The notes under the pieces are model-generated. The model had not been told where the DNA came from, did no database searches, and was given only the letters and a program-made list of their open reading frames with translations. From the NCBI GenBank assembly GCA_012295275.1, contig CM022672.1, positions 34,658,001 through 34,722,000 of the forward strand: DNA of 64,000 nucleotides, given 5' to 3'. The DNA comes from Chrysomallon squamiferum. Lineage: Eukaryota; Animalia; Mollusca. Both the position numbers and the translations under genes were made by a program. This document shows positions 1 through 16,649 of the stretch, one piece after another; position 1 is the first letter of the stretch; each line of letters opens with the position of its first letter.

Positions 1-115
1 CTTTTTACTATAATGTAAATAACATATCTTGTTACTATAATATGAATAATATATCTCGTTACTATTACGTAAATACTGTTAATATTGTTTACATGGTTTA
101 TTTTTCACATAATAG

Positions 116-298
116 ATTGTGGCTTCCTGCTATGAACATGTTCTCTTACAAGACTTCACACACAGTTTCACACTGTCTCCATTTCGATGGTTTCCTTGGT
201 TGTTAGAGCCGTGGCAAGAAGACGGTTTCAGTTCTATTTTGTCAAACATAGAAAAGCTTTATAATAATCTTGTCAGTTATACTTCGTGGCTGAAATAA
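116..298 (+). pseudogene. Internally deleted copy of the Hog gene (terminal exon remnant: end of Hint plus SRR-like tail)
   Basis: Reads [60 protein letters not shown], nearly identical to 27392-27574. Bases 1-115 match intron 1 of the + strand Hog gene (~25204-25319), so exons 2-4 and the start of exon 5 are deleted. Confidence 0.85.
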
Positions 299-855
299 AC
301 TTACCATGTTTCTATAGTTGTGTTTTATTTCTGTTTGGCGATAAACAAAACATTCACTCCTGCTTAGAGTACATCAAGGAAATGCTGGAAGTGCGCAGGA
401 CAAGTAGAACTCTACGATCACAGAATTCATTAAGATGAGGAACATCAAAAATAACAAGAACTACATACGATAGAGATGTTTAAGTTACGCACATTTAAAA
501 ACCTGGAAGTATGTATATAAGCTGTCGTATACAAATAATCAATATATATATATATTCCCATGTGATCAAATATGCAGGAAAATTCAGAAAAGATATCGAG
601 TTTCATTTGATAGATCTCGTAAAAAAAAATACAAAATAATAATAAAAATATTAGTCAATATTTTTGATAGATGTCATTTCAAACTCCATGTTCTGTAAAA
701 TGCATACAATCTGAGATAAAAGAAATTCCATATTTCTTTTATTTTTATTTTTTTAAACATAGTACACATTTTTAAAATATTGTTGTAAAAAAGGTATTAT
801 TATTATTATTATTATTATTATTGTTGTTGTTGTTGTTTTTGTTATTGTTGTTTTT

Positions 856-1308
856 GTGAGTGTGTGCTGCCTAATGAACGAATCAAATAATAAATACAAA
901 TATACAACAAATAATAACATTAAGTTAACGTTTGTATTAAAAAATAGTAATAAAAAAAAATTCAATAAAATAAAATAATAATAATAATAATAATAATAAA
1001 GAAACTCGTCTAAAACAATTGCTGGTTATACATAATTTACGGCAATTTCATGAATGTTAAAAATAGCTTTGCGTCGATCAAATACTGCACAAAAACACGA
1101 TCTAAGGGAAATAACTCTCTTTTACGTTAACAAACTTTCGGCAAAGGCTGAGTCTCCATAAATAAATAAACTAATACATAAGTCAAAGCGATACAGCGAT
1201 ATCTGAAACCTTGAAAACAGTTTCACATTCATGAAAAAATTCATGAACTTTTTTAATAGATGTCATTTCAAACTATATGTTTATATGATTATAAAAAGAT
1301 ACTACTAC

Positions 1309-1369
<61 letters not shown>

Positions 1370-1466
1370 GTGAGTGTATGCTGCCTAATGAATAAATAAA
1401 ATAATAAATACAAACAAACAACAAATAATACAGTAATTTAATGTTTGTATTTAAAAAAATAAACAA

Positions 1467-1526
<60 letters not shown>

Positions 1527-1805
1527 GAAACTCGTCTGAAACAAGTGCTGGCTATACATAATATAATTTAAAATAATTTCAGCAACACTAAATACGTTCA
1601 CGTTTCTTTCACGAATGTTAAAAGTACTTTTGCCTCGATCAAACACTGCATAAAAACACGATGTAAGGGAAATAACTCTCTTTCATGTGCACAAAGTTAC
1701 ACCAAAGGCTGAGTCTCCAGAATATACGTAAACAAATAAACAACTCAAAGCGATATGCTTACTGTACAGCGATATCTGAAACCTCGAAAAAGTTTCACAT
1801 TGATG
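856..1805. repeat. Local tandem duplication (~856-1235 vs ~1369-1805) with (ATT)n/(AAT)n tracts
   Basis: Both copies share tgtgagtgt.tgctgcctaatgaa, gaaactcgtct, aaacacgat..taagggaaataactctc, aaaggctgagtctcca and cagcgatatctgaaacct. Confidence 0.8.
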
Positions 1806-2024
1806 AGTTTTTTGTTGTTGATAATGTATAATTTATTTTTCAAATTAATAATTTTTATAACCACTACTTTCATTTTAAAACAGCAACATCTAGAACAATT
1901 CAACACAAACTTAATACAGATTTATTACTTTACTGTTATACTAATAAAAATAAATATGATATTATTTCCAAATAATATATTATTTTTGAACTAGTACTGC
2001 AAACAAATAATCAGCTTTTTAAAA

Positions 2025-2066
<42 letters not shown>

Positions 2067-2278
2067 TGTCCTTTTGTCGTCATCTTCGATGTCGTTATTG
2101 TTTTGATTTGTTCTGCATTTTATTATTGTTGTTGCTGTCTTATTCTTGTGAGAAGTTTGTATTTGTGGTTCTTTCTTGTTGTTGTTGTTGTTGTTGATGA
2201 TGATATTCGTGATACCTTATTCTTATTATTACTGAACTAATTGTATTTGTGGTTTATTATTATTATTATTATTATTAG

Positions 2279-2347
<69 letters not shown>

Positions 2348-2859
2348 GCTGTTGTTGTTGTTGTTCTTGCTGTTGTTGGTGCGGGTGATCAAGGTAATGT
2401 CTTATTCATAACACTGAAATAGTTGTATTTAATCGGTGATCTTATTCTAATGCTTACTACTGCAGCTACTACTACTACTACTACTACTACTACTATTTTC
2501 TGTGGTTATTACTTATTCTTATTACTAAATATATTATTCCTATTGTAATTATGAAATGACGTGTTAATTTTTCTTAAAAACTGTCTGAAGATATTATAGG
2601 AAAATATAATGTTAATGAGGCGACATTCAGAGATATAAATAATGCAAACTGTGATGTTGCTAACAGAAATTCGCTTCAATGACGCCTCGTCTCAGGTTAC
2701 CAGTAACAAATGTGCAGATTGTAATAAAAGAAAATAACGCTTTAACGTTGTTTAGCTGTCTCAATTTAACTATATCAGCTGTAGTTTTGTTAATTCCGTC
2801 TTTTTGGCGTCCGTTATCTGACGCTATTTATCATATAATATTTAAGTCAGTTTTTATAT

Positions 2860-3410
2860 TTGTATACATTTTTTATATATTAGTGTTATTCTTATAATAA
2901 TGATTATTACAAATTAGTGACAACCATCATTACAGTGACCTACTTACATTTGTCGCCATATCTGTATTTATTATGTTACCTGCGTGTGTTACTATTCATG
3001 GAATGTAATTTAACTTATCTAATTAATGTAGGTTAAATCTAAGAAAAAGACTTAAAATTTATCAGTTTACGTACGATTATCCGACATCTTCTTGAAACAG
3101 AAACTAGGATAAAAACAAATTAAGTTCTATTTATGGATTCTCTTGATTTTATTCATTCTAAAAGTGCCCAAGACACTGTAGCTCAGCTGAAATGTGTACG
3201 GGTGGTTGCACACCAGACTAGAGTGATTCCTTGCCGCCAGAAATAAATAAATAAATAAATAAATAAATAAACAAACAAACAAATAAATAAATAAATAAAT
3301 AAATAAATAAACAAACAAACAAATAAATAAATAAATAAATCAACAAATAAATAAATAAACAAATAAATAAATACATAATTTATCAATACTTCATAGCTTC
3401 ATATCTCTGC
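2860..3410. repeat. Copy 1 of a ~400-550 bp dispersed block (other copies ~5205-5770 and ~10065-10470)
   Basis: Shared catcattac.gtgacctacttacattt, tccgacatct, aagacactgtagctcagctgaaa and gcacaccagactagagtgattcc. Copies 1 and 2 also share the (TAAA)n tract and tatcaatacttcatagctt. Confidence 0.85.
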
Positions 3411-4544
3411 TATGATTTTTATATCTTTAAATATATAAAACTTTTATTATAATGTTCCAAAAAATCTACATACTATTAAATTCTAGTTTTCAGATTTTAT
3501 ATATATTTTTTATTGTTCAATCCGCAGTTTTTACTATGGTAATAAAGTAGTGATATTTGTAGTGTATTTCATGTTTTATCTGGACATAGATAATAATCTG
3601 TTTGTTAGCAAGTCGACATACAGATCGAAAGAGATCAACTCACGTTGAATGTGTGTGACGTAAAATTATATTTTTAGCACACGATTTCGCCAGCGATATC
3701 TCGAGAAAAAGATCTGCTTCTTTCCAAAAACTTTTGCGCAAATGTGACGTCATTCGCGTTTGTGTGAAAGTCTCGTGTGAACATATGTCTACATTTTCAC
3801 TTTTCTACTCAGTTTCAGTGTCACTGTCACATTTATTATTGAGATATATAAAAACAAATTGCTATAAATAAATAAATTCCGATTGTAGTTTTTGGATCTA
3901 TTAGAAATTCAGTTATTATTAGTAGTAGTAGTAATAGTAGGAGTAGGACGAAAAGTTTTCATGTTACCTATGAGTATTACAAACTATTCCTGGAAATCTA
4001 ATTTAAGTTGTGCATGTTTACTCGGCTTTCTCTCAGCTCACTAATTGCGTAGTGTGCACGCGGTCACACCTCTAAATTTTTATTTTCACTACTGGATTAG
4101 TGGAGGGGGATCAGGTGTCGCTACTTTCCACGTGTTCGTGGGCGCAGTACAGGTGAGCTCAAATGTTGGAAGTTTTTCTAAAGTTATTGATTATAAATTT
4201 TGAAATTGATATTTTCCTGAGGACGCGATAATCTAACCTTGTCGTAGCAGCCAGATAAGTCTGACGTCAGCGTCGTGTGTGCGTGTGTTAGTGTGTGTGA
4301 ACCGTAAACCGTGGTTCACTGATACACTGCTGTCATACACTGAGTGATCTGTGAAGAATCTACCAACTCAGTGAATAATGACAGTAATGTAGATAATATC
4401 AAAGCAGCGCGTGACTGTACTGTTCACGTGACTAACAAAGCCGCGGTCTTTGGAAGATCTCAAGACAAATAACTCCACTGTCTTTGTTACTGAGACATTG
4501 TCGTGTCACCAAATATACTTAAGTGACTGAAATCTAATACTGAT

Positions 4545-4661
<117 letters not shown>

Positions 4662-5125
4662 AATCAAGGAGGCTGAAAATAAAACCTACAAACTCATGAT
4701 CGAATGAAAGCTCATTCACTCACCTTTCAACCAATGTGCAACACTACGATGTGCATTTGGCGTAGACTAGCTAAGCATTTGAAAGGAGCACATGCTTAGC
4801 GAAATCACCATCAGTTACGTTTTCTACAGAGCCAAAACGCCGTAGATTTTATAGCACAAGTAGCCCTGTTTAAAATGGTTATATGTTGTTTATATTTTTA
4901 ATAACGTCTTCGCTGTAAGTTTATCTTCAGTGTTCCTACTTTTAGAGTGTAGATTACAGAGCGGACGTAAAGAAATCGCCGTAAATTGTTTCCTACCGGG
5001 AAAAATCGCCGTAGATTTTACGTGCAACTAAAAAGAACTGGCGCTATTTAAAATGATTATATTTTTATGTTGATTACATTTTATCTGTTACATTTCTACT
5101 GGCACTTTTCATAATAATAATAATC

Positions 5126-5157
<32 letters not shown>

Positions 5158-5204
5158 AAGACTACCAGTAAATTGATGCGGACCATTTGCTGCTGAAGTA
5201 TAAA

Positions 5205-5643
5205 ATTCAATTTTTATATTTGTATACATTTTTTTTATATATTAGTGTTATTCTTATAATAATTATTATTACAAATTAGTGACAATCATCATTACGGTGA
5301 CATGCTTACATTTTTAGCTATAACTGTATTTATTATGTTACCTGCGTGTGTTACTATTCATGGAATGTAATTTAACTTACCTAATTAATGTTGGTTAAAT
5401 CTACGAAAACGACTTAAACTTTATCAGTTTACGTACAATCATCCGACATCTTCTTGAAACAGAAACTAGGATAAAAAAAATAAAGTTCTATTTATGGATT
5501 CTCTTTATTTTATTCATTCTAAAAGTACCTAAGACACTGTAGCTCAGCTAAAACGTTTCGGGTCGTTGCACACCAGACTAGAGTGATTCCTCGCCGCCAT
5601 AAATATATAAATAAACAAATAAACAAATAAATAAACAAAGCAA

Positions 5644-5674
<31 letters not shown>

Positions 5675-5770
5675 ACAAATAAATAAATAAATAAATAAAT
5701 AAATAAACAAACAAATAAATAAATAAATAAATACATCATTTATCAATACTTCATAGCTTAATATCTCTAA
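5205..5770. repeat. Copy 2 of the dispersed block, abutting the first PTP exon
   Basis: Aligns by eye with 2860-3410 and, in part, 10065-10470. Confidence 0.85.
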
Positions 5771-5783
5771 TGGTTTATTTCAG

Positions 5784-8351
<2,568 letters not shown>

Positions 8352-8400
8352 GTATCTTTCTGAATAGCAATTTATTTAATTCGTTGGGTCTTTAATAAAG

Positions 8401-8940
8401 TTAATTGGGCAGTATGATGGGGTTTTTTTTTGTATTCATTTCTTTGGTTGTAAATAAAACATAACCACCATATAATACACACACAAACAAAACAGATACA
8501 CATATATATAGTAATTTGCATTTTCTATTTACATTTTCTATTTTCACGTGACATTCGGCAACTGTCGACATAATTCGTCGCTTTACGTTGCTGGCATAGT
8601 CGCCTGTTAGTTCTCTGTGCGGTGTATCTGTCTCAGCTGTGAAAATCAGTTCTGTTTGGCGTGGGAAGAAGTCGACGATGAACTTTGACATGTAATTTTT
8701 ACCAGTTCCAGTTGAGCCATGGAATGAAAGAATTAGAGGCTCGAAATATGTCTGATGCCTGTCAAAATATCTGGAGATCTCTTTCGGAACAATACCACAA
8801 GCGATATGCTGTCCATATACCTGTACGGAAATGTTTTCTAGCAGTCTAAAGAAATTGAACTCAAAACTGCAAGGACTTGGGAATAAAACGTAAGCAATTC
8901 CAGCGACAAGAATAACACCAGAAGTTATAGATAGAAGCAT
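8401..8940 (-). pseudogene. Torsin-family AAA+ ATPase, C-terminally truncated (homology ends ~8548)
   Basis: Hydrophobic N-terminus, VYGQHIA and PLILSFHGSTGTGKNYMS (torsin-type Walker A GxxGTGKN). Homology stops at VAECH, before Walker B. The rest of the ORF runs through AT-rich antisense PTP intron. Confidence 0.8.
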
Positions 8941-9634
8941 GTTTGGTTAACTCAGACTTAAGAATATCCTCTCGTGTTGAGATTTCGTTTGAATAAAACA
9001 CCTGTTGAAAAGTAGTTTTAATTGATTAGTTAGTTTTTAAAATACCTAATTTATAAGCATACAAATTAAAGAATACATTCAGGAAATTATAAATTCATTG
9101 ATTTAAATTATAATTAAATATGAAGAATGTTGATCCTATCATCAGTCAACAAATCGCCGAATTGAAACGCACACACACATAGATACACACATATCCACGC
9201 ATATACACGCATATACACACAGAGATACACATAAATATACATCGGTTAAGATGTTTACACACACATCCTGTATATAATTTTATACCACAACATATTTTCA
9301 CACATACACATGGACAATTCTGGACATACGAAATAGTGTTAAATATACATCGGTCACAGATGTTTACAGTTACATCCTGTATATAATTTTATACCACTGA
9401 ACATATTTTCTTCACTTATCTCTCATGGATGTAAATTCTGGATAAACTGTATGATTTAATAGTGTTAACACGTACAATACACAAATTTATTGTATGATAA
9501 ATTAACAACAGGCCTATGAGAAAACAACGTGTAAAAATAGTACTGCACAACAATTATTACTAGTAAAGAAAAGCAACATACGATCATTTTCAAACTGAAT
9601 TAGTATCATTGACATTTTTATATCGAGCTACATT

Positions 9635-9990
9635 GTCTATATTTTTCCTATTGAATTTTCACTTTTATACTGAGCTACATTGTCACTGTTACTTTTTCCT
9701 ACTAAATTTTCACTTTTATACTGAGCTAGAGAGTCACTGTCACTTTTTCCTACTGAATTTTCACTTTTATACTGAGCTACATTGTCACTGTTACTTTTTC
9801 CTACTGAATTTTCACTTTTATTCTGAGCTACAAAGTCACTGTCACTTTTCCTACTGAATTTTCACTTTTATACTGAGCTACATTGTCACTGTTACTTTTT
9901 CCTACTTAATTTTCATTTTTTTACTTTATATAGAGAGCTTACTTTTTTTCCTACTTAATTTTCATTTTTATACTGAGCTACATTGTCCCA
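9635..9990. repeat. ~50 bp minisatellite
   Basis: ttttcctactgaattttcacttttatactgagctacattgtcactgttac repeated about 7 times. Confidence 0.9.
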
Positions 9991-10932
9991 GTCACGTTTC
10001 AATAATAATTATAATTACATAAAGACTTGCAATAAACAGATGCCGCTGGGGCGTAAAATTCTGTTTTTATATCTTTGTATCCATTTTAATTGTATTAGTA
10101 TTATTCTTTTAGTAATAATTATTAGAAATTACTGACACTCATCATTACGGTGACCTACTTACATTTTTAGCTATAACAGTATTGATTATCTTACCTGTGT
10201 ACGTTGCTATTCACGAACATACAGGTTAATAACAAATAGAAAAATAACTTACCTAAATAATGAAGGTTAAAGTTAAAGAAAAACACTTAAAATTTGTCTG
10301 TTTAAGTACGATCATCCGACATCTCTCTTGAAACCAAAACTTGGGAAATTCTGTTTCCGGATTTTATTTATAATGTGTTTTATTGATTCTGAAAGTACCT
10401 AAGACGCTGTAGCTCAGCTGAAACGTGTAAGTGCGAATGCACACCAGACGAGAGAGATTCCTCGCCGGCATTTTCGCTGCTTAACCCCATGAGTCAGTGT
10501 TTGCAAAGCTCACGTGATTTTCGTTGCGTTCTTCAGTGCGATTCCATGAATTGATACTCGATCTCTGACAAAGATATTCCCATTAAAATTAGGCGTAACA
10601 AAAATTAACATTAATAGATTTTGACGATAGATGAGCCATATTAATATTTACACAATAGCGATCATTGGGATTATAATTATAATGACGTCCTATGGTTGTT
10701 GTAATATGGATAAATAAATTTTATGATTTTTTTTTATTCATCCAAAAGATTATTTTGTTTATTTATCAGAATAGTCTTGTCGATACTAGTATTTGACAGT
10801 TTTATGACAAAACTGAAAACAAAACATGCATTTTGCCATTTTCCTTTTTGATGTGATAAAGAAAAAAGTAAGCGATAAACCTCTGTAGTTTAAAAAAAAG
10901 TAACAAAGAGCAGATAACTTGTAACAGATGAC

Positions 10933-10974
<42 letters not shown>

Positions 10975-12768
10975 TAATATGGAAAAATTTAAACTGTGTG
11001 AAATATATTTATTCTGAGTAAATAATTCAATATTAATTGGTAATTTTACTACTTTCGGCAACTTTTAAATACTAATTTATTTCTCTGTATAGTGAATGAA
11101 AGTGTTATCAAAGATAAACTTTAATATTTTTTTAGTGAATTAATTTTATTACATTACAGAATAAACATGCTCTTGCTGACCAGAAAAAGGCCAGACTGAC
11201 CACTTGACCATGCTGTTTGACCAAGTTCTTTAGGTATTCTGATGGTACTGAGTTAAGTAAGCAGACGATAAAATATCTCCACTATAAAAATGAGAACTGA
11301 ATGGTTGGAGAATTTGCAGAGTTTTTAGAAAGTGTTTGGTTCAAGGGTGATAATTAAAAACTTTACTTATATCAATAATGGACTACACTTATAATTGTGT
11401 TATAATGTGAGTTATATTTTAACTTCTTCTTCTTCTTCTTGTTTTTATTTTTATTCTTTATAGGATGTTTTTTTTTTTTTGAGTTTAGTGTTCACAGATG
11501 TAAATGAAGAAATGTCGCCTCTGGCTGAATTTAATACAGATTTGTGTTTATCTGAGTTTTGTCATACTGACTCCCAGATTACAAACTGTGTTACCATGAG
11601 GGTCTATTTCAAACAATACTTCAAGGGGAGAGGGAAACGTTAAAGCTCTATTTCAAACAATACTTGATGGGGAGAGATGGGCAAAAATATGACATTAATT
11701 CATGTGATTCAGAAAAAAAATGGTACAAAAGGGAACATGAATATTTTTTTCAGAAATGAATTATCTTTGAAATCCTTGATTATTGCCTCCAAAAAAAAAA
11801 AAAAAAGAGTACAGAGTTAAAAAGTGTTTGGCTCAAGGGAGATAATTAATAATTATTTAATTGTTATTTTTTACTTGAAGTAGTAGTCTAATTAATCATC
11901 AACTCCAAACGTTAAATAACACGACTGCTGACAAAGAAGTTGTCATTAGTTATAATTTAAAAAAAAAATTAAAATCTGCATTTATCATTTGATTTGTTCT
12001 CTTAAAATGACTCATCATTCTTATTTAATATTTTCATTATAATTAGCGTATGCAGTAATTATTAACATAAATAGTAAAGTCTTACTTTGATTTCTTTTGT
12101 TTAGAAAACATTATATTAAAAAATGTTACAGTGTGTTATCAGTAATTATTAAATTTTCCAATAATTGAGTTCTGATAGGTACTGGCAGGATTTAAAAATA
12201 AAGTTCATCCACTGAATCTTATAGAGTTAAAATTTACAGCTGTGACTAAATATGGCTTTCAGCTAATTTATTAATAAGAACATTGTTTCTATTTTATTTT
12301 GATCGTTTCTAAATTTGAATATGAGAAAAGGAAAATGAATTTGATATATTGTTTATTAATAAATGTTATTAAACTTTTATAAATGTGTAAGTTGTTGATT
12401 TATAACACGATACAGAACATAGTCTATCCAAAAACAAACATTAGCAAAGACTGCTAAATGTTACAAGTTTTTATTGTTTGAATTTTTTATAATTAGATAC
12501 AAATATTTACTGTATTTATTAACATCGTTATTTTTTATGTTGCAGAATTCAAACTTGATGTAAATGTGACGGAACCTCATTAGTGCCTCTTTGCCAGACT
12601 TGTTTTTAATCGTAATTTTGTTTTCTATGTAGTGAATTATATAATAAAATCCTTATTTTCATAAGCCCATTTAAAGCAGAATGTCTGCTACATTTTATCT
12701 TTAGTCTATTATTATTTTACGGTAATATTTATTTAGCTATCTTGTATAATCATGTTTATAATTTATAT

Positions 12769-12820
<52 letters not shown>

Positions 12821-13842
12821 TGAGGCGGGATATCTAAATTAAAAACGGGAATATTTAAATAAAAAGTGGAAACAATGAGTCGTCATGAAGCTGCTTTGTC
12901 CCGCAAAGACGAGATCCCAGCAAGGTTACCAAAACTACAGTAAACGAAAATCTCAGCAAATATCGTGAAAACCTGATTTGTTTAACGAAACAAACTTATT
13001 TATTCTTAACGAGGTTACATTAGTCTGTTTCTAAATGGTTTTGAAAACTAAGTGGCTTGCTCAAACAGAGATTTTTTTTTTCTTCTTTTTTTTGTTTTTT
13101 TTTGTTGTTTTTTTTTTTTGACTGTTACATAAAATAAAGATTTTAAAACGTATTACATTTTTTCCGGTCGTACCAAAAGAAGTTAAAAAGAAGAAGAAGA
13201 AGAAAAAAGTTAGGAACGTCGAAAACAGCAGGTACGCATGCATGTGAATATATCAGATCTTCAGAGAAGGGGAGATAATCGAAAATGTTTCGTGATTCTG
13301 TCTGAATTATCACTTTCTCTCGAAACTTATGACAGAGATACAAAAGTAATCATCTTAAAATGATTGAAACAAAACCAGAAGGTGATTTTATTCCTTTTGA
13401 AATGTTTATTAAATCACTTAAATGTTTTCATTATGGACAAAACGTGACTGAGATGATGTGCATATACACTGTTTTCATGGCAACGGTAACACACAACTAT
13501 ACTTCAGTAATATTTAGCAGTCTTTGCCAGTCAAATTTCTTTGTTTTGAATAAAAAAGATTTAAATAATTTCCATCATATTTAAATTTTTCCTTTCTAGA
13601 AATTTGCATTCAGTAATTTGTTTAATTATAATAATACACGGTCGTGTGGGATCGAACATTCACTGTGGATCTGTTAACTAGTTCCCCGTCACATCCAGTA
13701 CCAGTGAAAACTATCAAGTGTTATGTCCTTGAAAGTTTCTCTTCATAGCGGGTTTCTTCTCTAGACACTGTTCAGATAATGTTAGTAGTTCTTAATAAAA
13801 GTAACAAATATACTTTGGACAAGTCCTGTAGTAGTAGTAGTA

Positions 13843-13891
<49 letters not shown>

Positions 13892-15562
13892 TGAGAGAGA
13901 CCATCTGACAGACAGACACACTCAGACACACACAGACACAGAGACACACACACAGACACAGGCACACACACAGACACACACAGACACAGACACACATACA
14001 CATACATAAACATTAAAACAGAACATCCTGCTGTCACGGAATTTAAATGGGCCGGTTCCGCAATGCGGTTATTTCGAGTTATGTCCCTTGATTTGTCATT
14101 AGATGCCGCTCCGCAAACCAGATCAGCTATTGCGAAGAACACAGCACGACGAAGCAAACTGTTATCAACAAAACACGCTCTAAATACCCGCGACATAAGC
14201 CTGTTGATAAGTTGATAACTGACCAGAATCTCTCCACTCATCTCTGATTGATTGCAGAGCCAGAGGTAAGATTTCTTTACAAAACCATTAAATTATTCAT
14301 CCAACATACTCTGTACGTAAACAAACTCAAACAGTTACAAACTAACAAAGGGCTTTGACTCTGCCCAGCGAGTTGGATGTGGTCACCTCGTTGCTGTTCC
14401 CTGTGGAACACGTGTAACATCCGCTTCATGTTGCCATGTAATACTAGAAAGTTAAATATAACAGTTAAACATTACTATAATACTTTAAAAATTCGTCATT
14501 CTTAAAATCAGCAAATAATTTAAAATGGTAAAACAGTTTTTCATTGCCACAATCTTGTCTTTTGTTGGACAAGTGTTGTTTCTTAAATTCAAGTATTCTC
14601 ACCAAAATAAAAGAATGTGTTTTTGTTAGTATTGAATTAGTCCCACCTTAACCTAAACGTCCTGAATGTTGGATTGATAAATTGCTGATCCATTTATCTT
14701 TGAAGATAGTTTCCGGTTTTCAAATAATTTGTTTTTTTTTTTCAGTCGGTGACCTAAACATTGGAGATGATCCCAGACAAAACTGACAAAATTTCTTTAT
14801 CGTACTTTATCTAGTAACAACATAGCCTCCTGACTTCCAATGAGTAGCTAATGAACAAGTAAATGATATCACCCTACAGACGTTGTTTTGTTATTTTACC
14901 TGCTATTAAAAAGTAAATCCAATTTGTGAGCAGGATGACATTGTCAGCAAGTAATGTATGTAACCGTCCGACTTATTTAGATCGCTATTGTTGAATGTGT
15001 GTGTCGGTTACCGGCCAGGTGTTAAACCTTAGTCACACAAACTTGTACGTGACTGTGTAGTTATATGTGTATAATTTTATGACGTTGTGATGTATATGAA
15101 TATGTTAAACATTAGTAGTGAAATGTATTAGGAAAGTATGGATTTTATAATTGCATGAATGAATAACATATGGTGTTATGTCATGTGTATTGTTTGATAG
15201 GAACCATGTATTAGCGATATGTGGCAAGATGTTTAATTATCTATGAGACTCTAGGGAATGTCATGCGTTATATATATTTCTTATTGTAATGTCGTGTATT
15301 CTGCTCTTGTTGTATTTTAGTTAATTGATTTGATTGTTTCAGGGTTTTAAACATAAATTGTGTGTCATGTCAAATAAAAAGCCATTGTCGTCTTTTTGAA
15401 AACAAACTGAAATGCTATTACATATATTATAAATTTATATATGTACATAAGAATAATCAAACCCTACGACTAGTACAACATCCTATTCCGATTTCAGTAA
15501 CATGTTTTTAACAACTTTAAATAGTAACATTGATACATCAGGTCACATTTCATTGTTTACGT

Positions 15563-16018
15563 TAACCAGACAGTGATTAATCACACAATATCATGTATCC
15601 AAGTTTTATTCAGTAAATAGATACCTAGACAGAGAACTACATCAAATCATCAGTAAATAGTACCTAGATAGAGAACTTCAATTAGTTTGATTTTAAACAA
15701 AACATCCCCACTATGAAAACCAGACAGTAATTAATCACACAATATCATGACGTTTTATTCAGTAAATAGATACCTAGATAGAGAACTACATCAATAAAAT
15801 AATCTCTCTGTGAAAACCAGTTTGAGTATTTAAACAAAACATCCCCACTATAACCAGACAGTAATTAATCACACAATATCGTGACGTTTTATTCAGTAAA
15901 TAGATACCTAGATAGAGAACTACATCAATACAAAATAATCTCACAGTGAAAATCAGTTTGAGTATTTAAACAAAGCGTCCATACTAAACCACACAGTAAT
16001 TAATCACACAGTATCATG
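15563..16018. repeat. Tandem repeat, ~135-155 bp unit, about 3.3 copies
   Basis: aaccagacagtaattaatcacacaatatc...ttattcagtaaatagatacctagatagagaactacatc recurs at ~15564, 15718, 15852 and 15987. Confidence 0.85.
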
Positions 16019-16095
16019 CAGCTTCCAAGTGGCTGTTTATCTTGCTGCTGCCTGAATCGTGAAGGTTGCACTTGGACTAAATCAAGCGGTGCGAC

Positions 16096-16358
16096 CCGGA
16101 AGTGAGGAGGATTCGCGGAATGGGAAGATAACTCTAAATAATTATACTGCGGAACCGGCCCATTGCGTAACAAATTTGTCTTTCTACCACGTCCGCACTC
16201 TTTATTTTTGGCGCCAATTTTTCCACTCCACGTGGTTGTTTTAAAGCAGCTCGCACTTGGTAGTTAAAGTGAGAGTAGAAAAGTCAACACAACAGCCCAG
16301 TCAGGCGGGTAACCGATGTTTCTGAATGACATTGTCTTTACGGACGAGTATGGTAAGC
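16096..16358 (+). promoter_or_regulatory. Promoter/first-exon-like GC-richer island with no downstream exons
   Basis: CCGGAAGTG (ETS-type) at 16096, TTTTGGCGCCAA (E2F-type) at ~16206, CACGTG at 16229, and donor ATG|GTAAGC at 16352/3. Confidence 0.3.
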
Positions 16359-16581
16359 CATTGTCTATTCTTATTTTGATAGGGTGTAATGTGCAATTAA
16401 CCTGTATCAGTAACATTTGGTATAAAAATAAAATTAACTGTTTGATTGTCCTCCGTGCACATTGTTATTTTATCTTGGTTTCCCTGTATGACCTTACTCG
16501 TATCATATTTATAAATCCTTTTATAGCGACAGAGAAATATATAAATATATTTACATCAACACCCAGTCACAGGCACACACA

Positions 16582-16649
<68 letters not shown>

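Noticed and set aside
4010-4500. GC-richer island with donor-like CAG|GTGAGC at 4152
   Set aside because: No open frame or recognisable family; it could be a non-coding first exon, but nothing supports a call.
11160-11207. Possible terminal exon NKHALADQKKARLTT* after an acceptor-like tacag
   Set aside because: Too short, no recognisable homology and no partner exons.
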